Translations under genes and position numbers: made by a program
Origin: an uncultured Desulfobacteraceae bacterium
Lineage (GTDB): Bacteria > Desulfobacterota > Desulfobacteria > Desulfobacterales > UBA2156
Length of the DNA stretch: 64,000 nucleotides
NCBI GenBank assembly: GCA_964596535.1
Contig: CAZQUR010000001.1
Span: 26,574 to 90,573 of the forward strand
Direction: 5' to 3'
In this document: in pieces, positions 45,439 through 55,456 of the stretch
Layout of the letters: every line of letters starts with the position of its first letter
Position numbering within the stretch: the first letter of the stretch is position 1
The notes under the pieces: generated by a model
The model's input: only the letters and a program-made list of their open reading frames with translations
Told to the model about the DNA's origin: nothing
Database searches by the model: none

Positions 45439-46851
45439 TTATTTGCGTTGGGTCCAGTGCTGCCCGCGATCCTTTACGGCCTTCATGACGATGGGTTTGA
45501 TGGCGGCAAACCAGGGTTCGAAATTCAAATGGGCGATGATGCGTTTATCATTGGCATTGAGATCGAACATGTTCATGGGCACGGGTTGTTCGATCATGTT
45601 TTGAATGCCGAACATTTCCTGGCCGCTCATGTGTCCCGGCCCCAGGATGGTGGGAAAGGAGGGGAGTTTTCTCAGGGCTTCCAAAATGGCGTCATTGGAG
45701 GGCCACTGACCGGGGGTTTCCTGCCCGGCGATCTGGGCCCCGATGCACCACGGAATCAACCACACCACATGATCCCAGTCGATGCCGGTCATGCGGCGCT
45801 TGACGTCTTTGGGGGCGCCCGGTCCGTACCGGGCGTTCCACAGGCGGGTGAAAGAGGCCTGCCAGGAGTATGCGCCCCACCACGGATCATCCATCAAGGG
45901 AAAACTGTCGATGGCATGCCGCGCCGCGGGATATTCCGGAGGAATCTTGGTGAGATTGGTTTCCCAGTCGGCGTAGTTTTGGGCCACCACGCCTTTGAAT
46001 CCCTGCAGATAGAGTTGTTCCCACAGGAGGGTTTGGTATTCGGGCCAGGCTTCGCAGAGGCTGATGACATCGGGTTCGGTGGCCATTATGGCGGTGACGA
46101 TGGGGGCGAAGTCGGTGGTATCCACGGAGAAGAATTTCTCGTAAACGATTTCGAATCCCATGGCCTGGGCGGCGCCGATTTCCCATGCTCCCACCTGGCG
46201 GGACATGATGTCATCCTGGGTCGTCAGCGCGTATCGCAAGGGCCTCCCCAGCTCTTTTTCACTGGGCAGGACCATCTTGGCGATGAGGGCGTTGAACATG
46301 TTGCACTGGGGCGTGACATCCCCCCCCGCCACCACGTACGGCCGGTCCGGATGCATATCCGTGGGGACCAGGGAAGCATAAATGACTTTGTTTTTGGTGA
46401 GAAAAGGCGCCGTGGCGTTGGCCGGATCCCCGCCGATGGCGTTGATGAATCTGACGTCGTGTTCCAGGACCAGTTGCCGGGCCCCCTGGAGGGCTTTGGA
46501 TGCGTTGGCTTCGTCATCGAATGCGTGCATCTTCAGCGGGTAGCGTTTTCCTCCCACAAGAAGGCCCCCCGTCTTGTTGACCGTATCGATCCAGATGTTG
46601 TTTCCGGTTAAACCGGGTAAGCCCCAGCCGGCATCCGGCCCCGAGAGCGCGGCGAGGAAACCGACATTGATGGTTTCCCCTTGGGGATATTTTTCCCCAA
46701 TCTGCTGATCCGGCAGATGGCTCAACAGCACCAACTCATCTTCGGTCAGTCCGGCCGATGTGTCGGAGAGCGCCGCCGGCGGTAATGTGAAAAGCAACGT
46801 CCCGACCAGCAGCATCGGAACCATCCATCGTCGCAATCTTGCCTTTTCCAT
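45439..46851 (-). CDS. ABC transporter periplasmic substrate-binding protein (Leu/Ile/Val-binding type I fold, unusually long)
   Basis: 470 aa from ATG 46851 (AAAGGGGG upstream), with signal peptide MEKARLRRWMVPMLLVGTLLFTLPPAALS and the core INVGFLAALSGPDAGWG. Confidence 0.8.
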   Translation of the reverse strand: MEKARLRRWMVPMLLVGTLLFTLPPAALSDTSAGLTEDELVLLSHLPDQQIGEKYPQGETINVGFLAALSGPDAGWGLPGLTGNNIWIDTVNKTGGLLVGGKRYPLKMHAFDDEANASKALQGARQLVLEHDVRFINAIGGDPANATAPFLTKNKVIYASLVPTDMHPDRPYVVAGGDVTPQCNMFNALIAKMVLPSEKELGRPLRYALTTQDDIMSRQVGAWEIGAAQAMGFEIVYEKFFSVDTTDFAPIVTAIMATEPDVISLCEAWPEYQTLLWEQLYLQGFKGVVAQNYADWETNLTKIPPEYPAARHAIDSFPLMDDPWWGAYSWQASFTRLWNARYGPGAPKDVKRRMTGIDWDHVVWLIPWCIGAQIAGQETPGQWPSNDAILEALRKLPSFPTILGPGHMSGQEMFGIQNMIEQPVPMNMFDLNANDKRIIAHLNFEPWFAAIKPIVMKAVKDRGQHWTQRK

Positions 46852-47166
46852 CTGTTCCCCCTTTTTTTGGTGTTTCGAACGATTGGGTCCAGTCCCGCCG
46901 TTCATGCATAAAGCCAGAGTGCTTTCATGAAAAGCGGTCCATAAATCACTCGGTTTGCGATCAGACATGCACTCCCATCGGCCGCTTGGAATGGAGGTTT
47001 GAAGACGTTTGGTTTTGTTTATTCTAACTCATATTATGATGTCAAGTGTTAATTTTAAATATTAAAACAATCATTAAAAGAAAACAATCCGGGCCGGAGA
47101 CAAAGGCCTGAGATGCGAAAATAAGCCGCTTGAATCCAAAAACCCTTGTTGTTTGGCAACGCGCGG

Positions 47167-47202
47167 CGGGATCCTAAAACATCCCGGATCTTTTCGCTTT
47201 TT
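47167..47202 (+). terminator. terminator-like hairpin + T-rich tail in ORF-free region
   Basis: CGGGAT (47167-47172) pairs with ATCCCG (47181-47186) around an 8-nt loop, followed by GATCTTTTCGCTTTTT. There is no plus-strand CDS upstream. Confidence 0.3.
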
Positions 47203-47634
47203 CTCCATTAAATTTAATTTACTATTATTTCAATTAGTTATGTTATAAGTGAAACAGATGAAGCCTGCGCTTTGTTTTTCGAACGCTTTAGAATCGGAAA
47301 GGGGTGAACAATATGGGGTGTGCCGATTACTGCTAAACGAATTTCATATATTGACTAAACCAAATTTATTATCAAACATAAACGATCATGGTGGTTGCGC
47401 GTCATGGGACACGCATGCTCCCAGGGAAGTCTTTTGGAAACGCCCGGGCACCCCGGATATCCATCGAGGGGTCCATTCGGTGAAGCACGGCGACGGTCTT
47501 CCCGCACGGCTGTATAAAAGGGATTGACAGCGCCGGTGGTTCCGGCTTTTATATAATTTCAGTCATGAATCCGGCGGATGCGGTGTTCCGTCCGGGTATT
47601 TTACGGGGGACTTTTCATCATAAGGAGGTGCTCG

Positions 47635-48612
47635 ATGAAAAAGATTGCAGTGGTCTTTGCCCTGGTGCCGGCGATGCTGTGGAGTACCGCCGCCTCGGCG
47701 GCACTCAAGATCAACCTGGGTGTTGTCACCAAACCCGGTTCCGCCCAAAACATCGCCGCGGAAAAGTTCAAGGAACTCCTCGAGCAGCGCTCGGGAAACG
47801 CGGTGACGGTGAAGATTCACCATTCGGCCTCTTTGGGAAACGAAACCGAGATTCTCCAGCAGATCCAGATGAACCAGGTGCAAATGGGGATTATCACGGT
47901 GGGCCCCTTCGACACCTTCGATCCCATCGTGAGAGTCATCAACTATCCCTTTATTTTTAAAGACAACGCCCAGGCGGATCAGATCCTGGATGGACCGTTG
48001 GGGAAGGAAATCTTAAAAAGCCTGGAGAACGTGGGCTTCAAGGGGCTGGCCTTTTCGGAAAACGGGTTCCGGAACCTGACCAACAGCAAACGGCCGGTCA
48101 AAAAGGCCGATGATGTGCAAGGACTTAAGATCCGGGTGATGCAGTCCGCACTCCATAAATCCATCTGGCAGTCCCTGGGCGCCAACCCGACCCCCATGCC
48201 CTGGCCCATCTACACCGAACTGGAACAGGGGGTCATCGACGGCCAGGAAAACCCCATTTGGGTCATCGACGTCTACAAGTTTTACGAAATCCAGAAATAC
48301 ATGACCATGACCCGCCATGTCTATTCCGGTCATATCGATGTGGCTTCCCTCAAATGGTGGAACACCCTCCAGCCGGAGCAGCAGAAACTCATCCAGGAGG
48401 CCATGTATGACGCCGCCGTGTATCAACGGAAGGATAATCGGGACCGGAACGCGGAGCGCCTGGCCATGCTGAAAGAAAAGGGAATGGACATCGAGATGCA
48501 CCCGGATGTGGCCAGTTTCCGGGCCAAAGTGGAAAGGCTCAAAGACATGGATCTGTTTCAGGATCCCCGGGTCAAGGCCTTCCTGTTAAAAGTCATGGAG
48601 GCCACAAGATAA
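47635..48612 (+). CDS. dctP: TRAP transporter substrate-binding protein (DctP family)
   Basis: The ATG at 47635 follows AAGGAGG. The signal peptide is MKKIAVVFALVPAMLWSTAASA, with DctP-family sequence throughout. Confidence 0.88.
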   Translation: MKKIAVVFALVPAMLWSTAASAALKINLGVVTKPGSAQNIAAEKFKELLEQRSGNAVTVKIHHSASLGNETEILQQIQMNQVQMGIITVGPFDTFDPIVRVINYPFIFKDNAQADQILDGPLGKEILKSLENVGFKGLAFSENGFRNLTNSKRPVKKADDVQGLKIRVMQSALHKSIWQSLGANPTPMPWPIYTELEQGVIDGQENPIWVIDVYKFYEIQKYMTMTRHVYSGHIDVASLKWWNTLQPEQQKLIQEAMYDAAVYQRKDNRDRNAERLAMLKEKGMDIEMHPDVASFRAKVERLKDMDLFQDPRVKAFLLKVMEATR

Positions 48613-48756
48613 AAGATTCCGACCGTGCCCGAAGACGGCCGGGACCGTTTTTTGGCCGAAAAAAGGGGTACCAATGGTCGAAAACCGCGGGCTGCCGGGA
48701 AGGATTTCGGCGGCCTGACAAAGTTTAATCATCAGAAGAAATGGCCCGTGTGGGGG

Positions 48757-49230
48757 ATGGAACGAATCAGCCAGGCCGTTAACCAGGCCGTGGAATATCT
48801 CCTCTTTTTCCTGGGCTTTTCCATGGCGATGATCGTGGCGGCCCAGGTTTTCGCCCGCTACGTGTTAAACCATTCCATTTTCTGGTCCGAGGAACTGGCC
48901 CGGTTTCTTCTCGTCTGGTTGACATTCCTCGGATCCTCCGTGGCCTATCGCAGACAGGCCCACGCCAGCATCGACGTGGTCTTCCGACGGCTCCCTCCGG
49001 CGGGTCGCCGCGCCGCCGTACTGGCGGTTCACCTGGTCACATTGGTGTTTGCCGTCATTATGGTCTATTTCGGCGCCCAGTTCGCGTATTTCGTGCGTCT
49101 TCAGATTTCTCCGGCCCTCTATCTTCCAAAATGGATCCCCCACAGCATCATCGCCGTATCCGGAATGGTATGGGCCCTGCATGCCGCAGCCTTTTTGATA
49201 CGGGATTATAAAAAGGAAGGGCGCCGGTGA
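48757..49230 (+). CDS. dctQ: TRAP transporter small permease (DctQ family)
   Basis: 157 aa from ATG 48757 with 4 TM segments and FWSEELARFLLVWLTFLGSSVAYR, typical of DctQ. Confidence 0.85.
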   Translation: MERISQAVNQAVEYLLFFLGFSMAMIVAAQVFARYVLNHSIFWSEELARFLLVWLTFLGSSVAYRRQAHASIDVVFRRLPPAGRRAAVLAVHLVTLVFAVIMVYFGAQFAYFVRLQISPALYLPKWIPHSIIAVSGMVWALHAAAFLIRDYKKEGRR

Positions 49231-50507
49231 CCGCTGAAATCCTCCTGTTGGCCCTGTTGGTCCTTTTCGCCCTCAATGCCCCCATCGCCATCGCCATTGG
49301 GATGGCCGCCGCAGGGGCCATCGTGATGCAGGGAGACTTTTCCCTGATGATGGTGGTCCAGCGGATGTACGCGGGGTGCGATTCCTTTCATCTTTTGGCG
49401 GTGCCGCTCTTCATGTTTACGGGGGTGATCATGGAGGCGGGGGGCATCAGCCGGCGCATCATCGATTTGGCCAATGCCCTGGTGGGATGGCTTCCCGGCG
49501 GCCTGGCCGCGGTGACGGTGGTCTCCGCCATGTTCTTCGCCGGTATTTCCGGGTCGGCCGCGGCGGACGCCGCCGCCGTGGGATCCATCCTCATCCCGGC
49601 CATGAAGCGGTCGGGTTATGATTCGGATTTCGCCGCGGCGGTCCAGGCCTCGGGGGGGTCCATCGGCGTCGTCATCCCGCCCTCCATCCCCATGATCATC
49701 TTCGGATTTTTGACGGGGGCGTCCATCGGACAGCTTTTTGCCGCCGGAATCCTTCCCGGTATCCTGATGGGGATCAGTCTCATCATGGTATCCACTTTCA
49801 TTTCCAGGCGACATGGATATGCCGCCACCGCCGTATTTTCCCTGGAACACGCATGGAAGGCCTTTCGGCGCGCCTTTTTGGCCCTGGGGGCCCCGTTGAT
49901 CATTTTGGGCGGCATTCTTTTCGGCGTTTTCACCGCCACCGAATCCGCCGCCGTCGCAGTGATTTATGCCTTGATCGTGGGGATGTTCATTTACCGCCAG
50001 ATCCGCGTCAGCGATTTGTTCCGCCTGTTCAGAGACGGCGCGGTCACCTCGGCCATTGTCATGTTCATCATCGCCACGGCATCGGTCTTCAGCTGGATCG
50101 CCGCCATCGAAGACCTCCCCGCCCGCCTGGCCGGAGCTCTGCTGGGTCTAACCCAAAACCGGATCGCCCTTTTGCTGTTAATCAACGGGATCCTATTGAT
50201 CGCCGGCACCTTCGTGGAGACCACCGCGGCGCTGATCCTCTTCGTTCCCATGATCACCGGCCTTTTGCCTCACCTGGGCATTGATTTGATCCAGTTGGGG
50301 GCCATCGTGGTGGTGAACCTGGCCATCGGGATGCTCACCCCGCCCATGGGCATCTGCCTCATCGTCTCGGGTTCCATCTCCCGGGATTCCCTGGGCGCCG
50401 TTTCCATGCGGGTCCTGCCCTTTTTGGTGGTGCTGATCATCGATTTGTTGCTCATCACCTTTTTTTCTCCCCTGACTCTCTGGCTCGCCCGCCTGGTGGC
50501 CCGGTAA
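49227..50507 (+). CDS. dctM: TRAP transporter large permease (DctM family)
   Basis: 426-aa polytopic protein with a 4-nt overlap with dctQ and DctM-type sequence (FFAGISGSAAADAAAVGSILIPAM). Confidence 0.9.
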   Translation: MTAEILLLALLVLFALNAPIAIAIGMAAAGAIVMQGDFSLMMVVQRMYAGCDSFHLLAVPLFMFTGVIMEAGGISRRIIDLANALVGWLPGGLAAVTVVSAMFFAGISGSAAADAAAVGSILIPAMKRSGYDSDFAAAVQASGGSIGVVIPPSIPMIIFGFLTGASIGQLFAAGILPGILMGISLIMVSTFISRRHGYAATAVFSLEHAWKAFRRAFLALGAPLIILGGILFGVFTATESAAVAVIYALIVGMFIYRQIRVSDLFRLFRDGAVTSAIVMFIIATASVFSWIAAIEDLPARLAGALLGLTQNRIALLLLINGILLIAGTFVETTAALILFVPMITGLLPHLGIDLIQLGAIVVVNLAIGMLTPPMGICLIVSGSISRDSLGAVSMRVLPFLVVLIIDLLLITFFSPLTLWLARLVAR

Positions 50508-50555
50508 ACCGGGGTGTTACGGAACGATGTGTTCTTAGGGATCCGGAACTTCGTA

Positions 50556-50585
50556 TTGACTTTCCGCCGGATTGCAGGATAAAAT
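50556..50585 (+). promoter_or_regulatory. candidate sigma70-type promoter for hisS-aspS
   Basis: TTGACT (50556-50561), an 18-nt spacer, then TAAAAT (50580-50585). Confidence 0.35.
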
Positions 50586-50711
50586 CTAAAGTTTATACGA
50601 TGGATCCGGGAGGAACGCGTCCCGATTGAAGCGGTCCGGGATCGCGTTTTCCGCCCGTCACCTGAAAACCGGGTAACTTCTGCCCATAACCTTTTATAGA
50701 CCTTTTTGAAA

Positions 50712-51974
50712 ATGATGCAATTGATTCGGGGATTCCGGGACATTCTCCCCGGAGAATCGGCCCATTGGCAGGCCATCGAAGAAGCCGCCAGACGCCTTTT
50801 TGCGGATTTCGGATTTCAGGAAATCCGCATCCCGCTCCTTGAAAAGACCGCCCTTTTTGCCCGGAGCATCGGCGAAGACACCGACATCGTCGAAAAGGAG
50901 ATGTACACCTTCGAAGACCGGAAAGGGGAGCTGATCACCCTCCGGCCCGAGGCCACGGCTTCCGTCGTTCGCGCCTATATTCAACACAAGCTTTACGCCG
51001 GAGATCCCTTCCACAAGCTTTTCACTATCGGTCCCATGTTCCGGAGGGAACGCCCCCAGAAGGGCCGATACCGGCAGTTTTACCAGATCAACGCCGAGGT
51101 GTTCGGAACCGGCTCCCCGTTGATCGACGCCCAGCTCGTCTACATCCTCACGACGCTTTTTTCCCGGCTCGGTGTGTCGGACCTGCAGGCCCATGTCAAC
51201 TCCCTCGGGTGCCCGGTCTGCCGTCCGGACTTCAAGGCGGCGCTGATGGCATACGCTTCTGAGAGAAACGACGCCCTGTGCGCCGACTGCCTACGCCGAA
51301 AAGAAAAGAATCCCTTACGGCTTCTCGATTGCAAGGTCCCGTCCTGCCGTGAGGCCATGGCCCGGGCCCCCGAGATGCGAACATACCTGTGCCCTGATTG
51401 CCGGGACCACTTCCAACGGTTCCTTTCCGCCTTGTCCCGCTTGGATGTTCCCCATGTTCCGGATCCCCGGCTGGTACGGGGACTCGACTATTACACCCGG
51501 AGCACCTTTGAGATTCAAACCCGTGTTCTGGGGGCCCAAAACGCCATCGCCGGGGGAGGCCGGTACGACGGCCTCGTGAAAGCCCTCGGTGGCCCCGATA
51601 TCCCCGCCACCGGGTTTGCCATCGGTTTGGACCGCCTGGCGGAAACCGTGAAAAAAGATTCTCAAGCGGCCCCCGGCCGGCCCGACGTTTTCATCGCGGC
51701 ACTGGGGGGCAAAAGCCGGGAAAAAGCCTTTGAATGGGCGTGCCGGCTGGGTGAAAAAGGGATCTTTGCCGAAATGGACTTCGGGGATCGGGGTCTGAAG
51801 GCCCAGATGAAACGCGCCGGGAAGCTCGATGCCCGGTACGTCATTATCGTCGGGGAAGCGGAACTCTCCACTGAAACCGCGTTGTTGCGGGATATGGCCG
51901 CGGCCCGACAGGAGGACGTTCCCTTTTCACTGCTCCTTGAAACGGTTATCGAGCGGATCGGAACCACCCATTGA
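50712..51974 (+). CDS. hisS: histidine--tRNA ligase
   Basis: MMQLIRGFRDILPGE, FRRERPQKGRYRQFYQ (motif 2) and GGGRYDGL (motif 3). The start was set to the first ATG after the ORF-track TTG. Confidence 0.93.
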   Translation: MMQLIRGFRDILPGESAHWQAIEEAARRLFADFGFQEIRIPLLEKTALFARSIGEDTDIVEKEMYTFEDRKGELITLRPEATASVVRAYIQHKLYAGDPFHKLFTIGPMFRRERPQKGRYRQFYQINAEVFGTGSPLIDAQLVYILTTLFSRLGVSDLQAHVNSLGCPVCRPDFKAALMAYASERNDALCADCLRRKEKNPLRLLDCKVPSCREAMARAPEMRTYLCPDCRDHFQRFLSALSRLDVPHVPDPRLVRGLDYYTRSTFEIQTRVLGAQNAIAGGGRYDGLVKALGGPDIPATGFAIGLDRLAETVKKDSQAAPGRPDVFIAALGGKSREKAFEWACRLGEKGIFAEMDFGDRGLKAQMKRAGKLDARYVIIVGEAELSTETALLRDMAAARQEDVPFSLLLETVIERIGTTH

Positions 51975-51980
51975 ATTGAA

Positions 51981-53834
51981 ATGGATGAACTCATGAAACT
52001 TGAACGGCTTGAAAAAGCGAACACCCAAGACAGACCAGTTCCGGAGGCATTGACCACCGATGCCCTGGGCGATTGGCGTCGAACCCATCACTTAAATGCC
52101 CTGCGGGCCGGTGACTCGGGAAAGGAAGTGGTCCTCATGGGCTGGGTCCAGCGCCGGCGGGATCACGGGGGGGTCATCTTTGTGGACTTAAGGGACCGGG
52201 AAGGGATCACCCAGGTGGTTTTCAACCCCGATGTGGATGCCGCCGTCCATGAAAAGGCCCATGCGCTGCGCAGCGAGTACGTCATTGCGGTCCGGGGACG
52301 CGTGGACCGGCGCCCCGACGGCATGACCAACCCGGCCCTGGAAACCGGGAAGATCGAAGTCCTTGTCTTTGAACTGCGCATTTTGAGCCGCGCGTCAGCG
52401 CCGCCCTTTCTCATCGAAGACGATCTGGATGTTTCGGAGATGATCCGTTTGAAACACCGGCATATTGATCTTCGGCGGCCGCGGCTGCAAAGAAACCTGT
52501 TGTCGCGGCATCGGGCCGCCGCCGCCGTCCGCAGCTTCTTGAACCAAAACGGGTTTTTAGACATCGAGACCCCTTTTTTAACCCGTTCCACGCCGGAAGG
52601 GGCCCGGGATTATATCGTCCCCAGCCGGGTGAACCCCGGGCAGTTCTATGCGCTTCCCCAATCCCCCCAACTTTTCAAGCAGCTTTTGATGATCTCGGGG
52701 TTCGACCGATATTACCAGATCGTGCGGTGCTTCCGGGACGAAGATCTCCGGGCGGATCGACAGCCGGAGTTCACCCAGATCGACATGGAGATGTCCTTTG
52801 TGGGGGAAGAAGAGGTCATGGACGTTTCGGAGCGGATGCTCTCCGAGATGTTTCGAGCACTCCTGGGAGTACCCCTTTCTTTGCCGTTGCCGAAAATCTC
52901 TTACGCGGAAGCCATCGACCGCTTCGGCTTGGACCGCCCCGACACCCGCTTCGGCCTGGAACTCAAAGAGGTGACGGATCTGTTATTGGATTCCGATTTC
53001 AAGACCTTTTCCAGCGTCGCCCGGGGGGGAGGGATCGTCAAGGCCCTCAACGCAAAGGGTTGCGGCGGTTTTTCCCGAAAAGACATCGATGACCTCGCCG
53101 AGTTCGTGAAGATATACAAGGCCAAGGGGCTGGCCTGGGTCAAGGTCAAGGAAACGGAATGGCAGTCCCCCATTGCCAAGTACTTCTCTGAAGCGGAAAA
53201 GGACCGGTTGGCCCGGCGGCTGGACATGGCACCGGGGGATCTCGTTTTTTTCATGGCCGATGGTCCCGTCATCGTCAATGAATCCCTGGGGAATCTCAGA
53301 AACCTCCTGGGAAAAAAACTGAAACTCATTGATGACACCCGGTTTGAATTCGTATGGATCACCCATTTTCCGCTTCTGGAGTACGATGACGCGGAAAAAC
53401 GGTTCAAGGCCCTGCACCATCCGTTCACGGCGCCCCTGGAAACGGATATCCCGCTTCTCGAAACCGATCCGGTTCGGGTCCGGTCCCGGGCCTACGACCT
53501 GGTGCTGAACGGTTACGAAATCGGCGGCGGGAGCATCCGGAACCATCAAAGACCGCTCCAGGAGAAAATTTTCCAGGTGCTGGGCCTTTCACCCGACGCC
53601 CGGGAAGAAAAATTCGGCTTCTTGCTTTCGGCCCTCGATGCCGGAGCCCCGCCCCACGGCGGGATCGCCTTCGGACTCGACCGGCTGGTCATGCTCCTTT
53701 GCCGGGAGGCGTCCATACGGGACGTTATCGCGTTTCCTAAAACCCAGAAGGCCGCCTGTCTGATGACAAACGCCCCTTCGGAAGCCGGAAAAGAACAACT
53801 GGATGAACTCCATCTGAAAACCAGAAAAACGTAA
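51981..53834 (+). CDS. aspS: aspartate--tRNA ligase
   Basis: 617 aa with [22 protein letters not shown] (OB fold), [18 protein letters not shown] (motif 2) and [13 protein letters not shown] (motif 3). Confidence 0.95.
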   Translation: MDELMKLERLEKANTQDRPVPEALTTDALGDWRRTHHLNALRAGDSGKEVVLMGWVQRRRDHGGVIFVDLRDREGITQVVFNPDVDAAVHEKAHALRSEYVIAVRGRVDRRPDGMTNPALETGKIEVLVFELRILSRASAPPFLIEDDLDVSEMIRLKHRHIDLRRPRLQRNLLSRHRAAAAVRSFLNQNGFLDIETPFLTRSTPEGARDYIVPSRVNPGQFYALPQSPQLFKQLLMISGFDRYYQIVRCFRDEDLRADRQPEFTQIDMEMSFVGEEEVMDVSERMLSEMFRALLGVPLSLPLPKISYAEAIDRFGLDRPDTRFGLELKEVTDLLLDSDFKTFSSVARGGGIVKALNAKGCGGFSRKDIDDLAEFVKIYKAKGLAWVKVKETEWQSPIAKYFSEAEKDRLARRLDMAPGDLVFFMADGPVIVNESLGNLRNLLGKKLKLIDDTRFEFVWITHFPLLEYDDAEKRFKALHHPFTAPLETDIPLLETDPVRVRSRAYDLVLNGYEIGGGSIRNHQRPLQEKIFQVLGLSPDAREEKFGFLLSALDAGAPPHGGIAFGLDRLVMLLCREASIRDVIAFPKTQKAACLMTNAPSEAGKEQLDELHLKTRKT

Positions 53835-53844
53835 AGGAGCTTCC

Positions 53845-55413
53845 GTGCACATCACATTTTACGGCGCCTCCAGGGAAGTCACCGGTTCCTTTCATGTATT
53901 GACCACGGAAAAGGATCGCATCGCCTTTGACTGTGGGTTGTTCCAGGGACGGCGAAAAGAAAGCCAGGAAAAAAACCGGATCCTTCCCTTCGATCCCCGG
54001 ATGCTGACCACCCTCCTGCTTTCCCATGCCCACATCGACCATTCCGGCCGCATTCCCCTGGTGATGAAAAACGGATTCAACGGCCGCATTGTATGCACCC
54101 GGGCCACGGCGGATGCCGCCGGTTACCTTCTTTTGGATTCGGCCCAGATCCAGCAGTCCGACGCCGAATACTTCAATTACAAGACCGTACGGTCGTTTTT
54201 GACCGAGATGAAAAATCAGCAGAAAGAAAAGCAGGACCGGCGGATTAAAAGGCTCTTGAAAAAAAGCCGGGCCCAGCTCAACCTGGAAGTTATCCAGGAC
54301 ACCATCCGCCATTATCACCTGGAGCACGTGGAGCCGTTGTATACCGTGGAGGATGCCCGGCAGGCCCTCCCCCATTTCGAGGGGTATCCATACCGGCACG
54401 AGATCCCGGTGGCCGAAGACGCCGTATGCACCCTTTATGATGCCGGCCATATTTTGGGGTCCGCCTTCTGTATCCTCAGGATCCGGGAAAACGGCCGCCT
54501 CCGAACGGTCGGGTATACGGGCGACATCGGGCGCTTCGGAAAGCCCATCTTAAAGAATCCCACCCTCGAATTCGCCGAAGCGGACCGGGACCTGGACTGG
54601 CTGATCATGGAGAGCACCTACGGGGACCGGGAACACAATCCCGTGGCGGATTTGAAGCCGGACCTGGGAAAGATCATCGCGGAAACCGTGCGCCGCGGCG
54701 GGGTGCTCCTGATTCCTTCCTTTGCCTTCGGCCGCACCCAGGAATTGCTCTACGTGATTCACGATCTCTTCGATGCAAAAGAGGCGCCGCGGATTCCGGT
54801 ATACCTGGACAGCCCCCTTGCCGTAGAGCTGACCCGTGTCTACGGGGAACACCCGGAAGTCTATGACCGGCAATCCCACGAAGACTTTCTCGCCCAGGGG
54901 AAGAATCCGTTTTCCTTTTCATCCCTTGAATTCGTGGTGGCGGTGGAAGATTCCATGAAGCTGATGCGGAAAAAAGGGCCCCACATCGTCATCGCCGGGT
55001 CCGGAATGTGCGAAGGCGGGCGCATCCTGCACCATTTGCGGCACAAGATCCAAAACCCGAAAAATACCATCCTCATCGTCGGATTCATGGCCGCCAATAC
55101 CCTGGGTCGGCGCATCCTGGAACTGGGGGAAGACTACGCTCAAAGAGGAAGAAAGGGCGAGGTCCCCCAGGTGAAGTTCTACAACAACACCTTTGACCTG
55201 AAAGCCCGGGTAATCTCCCTGGGCGGATTTTCCGCGCATGCGGACAAAAACGAGATGCTCCGGTTTTTAAAAAATACCAACCTGCGGATCCAACGCATTG
55301 CCGTGGTCCACGGAGAAGAAGAACAGGCCCTGGCCTTCGCCGGCACACTGAAAGCGGAAGGGTACACGGTACGCGTACCGCGCATGGGGGAAACGATTTT
55401 TTTTGCATCTTGA
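53845..55413 (+). CDS. beta-CASP family MBL-fold ribonuclease-like hydrolase
   Basis: 522 aa with LLSHAHIDHSGRIP (HxHxDH), a beta-CASP region and the GFSAHAD motif C. Confidence 0.8.
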   Translation: MHITFYGASREVTGSFHVLTTEKDRIAFDCGLFQGRRKESQEKNRILPFDPRMLTTLLLSHAHIDHSGRIPLVMKNGFNGRIVCTRATADAAGYLLLDSAQIQQSDAEYFNYKTVRSFLTEMKNQQKEKQDRRIKRLLKKSRAQLNLEVIQDTIRHYHLEHVEPLYTVEDARQALPHFEGYPYRHEIPVAEDAVCTLYDAGHILGSAFCILRIRENGRLRTVGYTGDIGRFGKPILKNPTLEFAEADRDLDWLIMESTYGDREHNPVADLKPDLGKIIAETVRRGGVLLIPSFAFGRTQELLYVIHDLFDAKEAPRIPVYLDSPLAVELTRVYGEHPEVYDRQSHEDFLAQGKNPFSFSSLEFVVAVEDSMKLMRKKGPHIVIAGSGMCEGGRILHHLRHKIQNPKNTILIVGFMAANTLGRRILELGEDYAQRGRKGEVPQVKFYNNTFDLKARVISLGGFSAHADKNEMLRFLKNTNLRIQRIAVVHGEEEQALAFAGTLKAEGYTVRVPRMGETIFFAS

Positions 55414-55456
55414 GGCCCGATCCCGATCCTCGATGGAATCGGCGCGGATTCTGAAA

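Noticed and set aside
47249-47527. 92-aa ORF in the gap upstream of dctP.
   Set aside because: It has a GTG start without an SD. The first half is AT-rich, with codon usage unlike every confident gene here, and there are no motifs. I treated it as non-coding leader or intergenic DNA.
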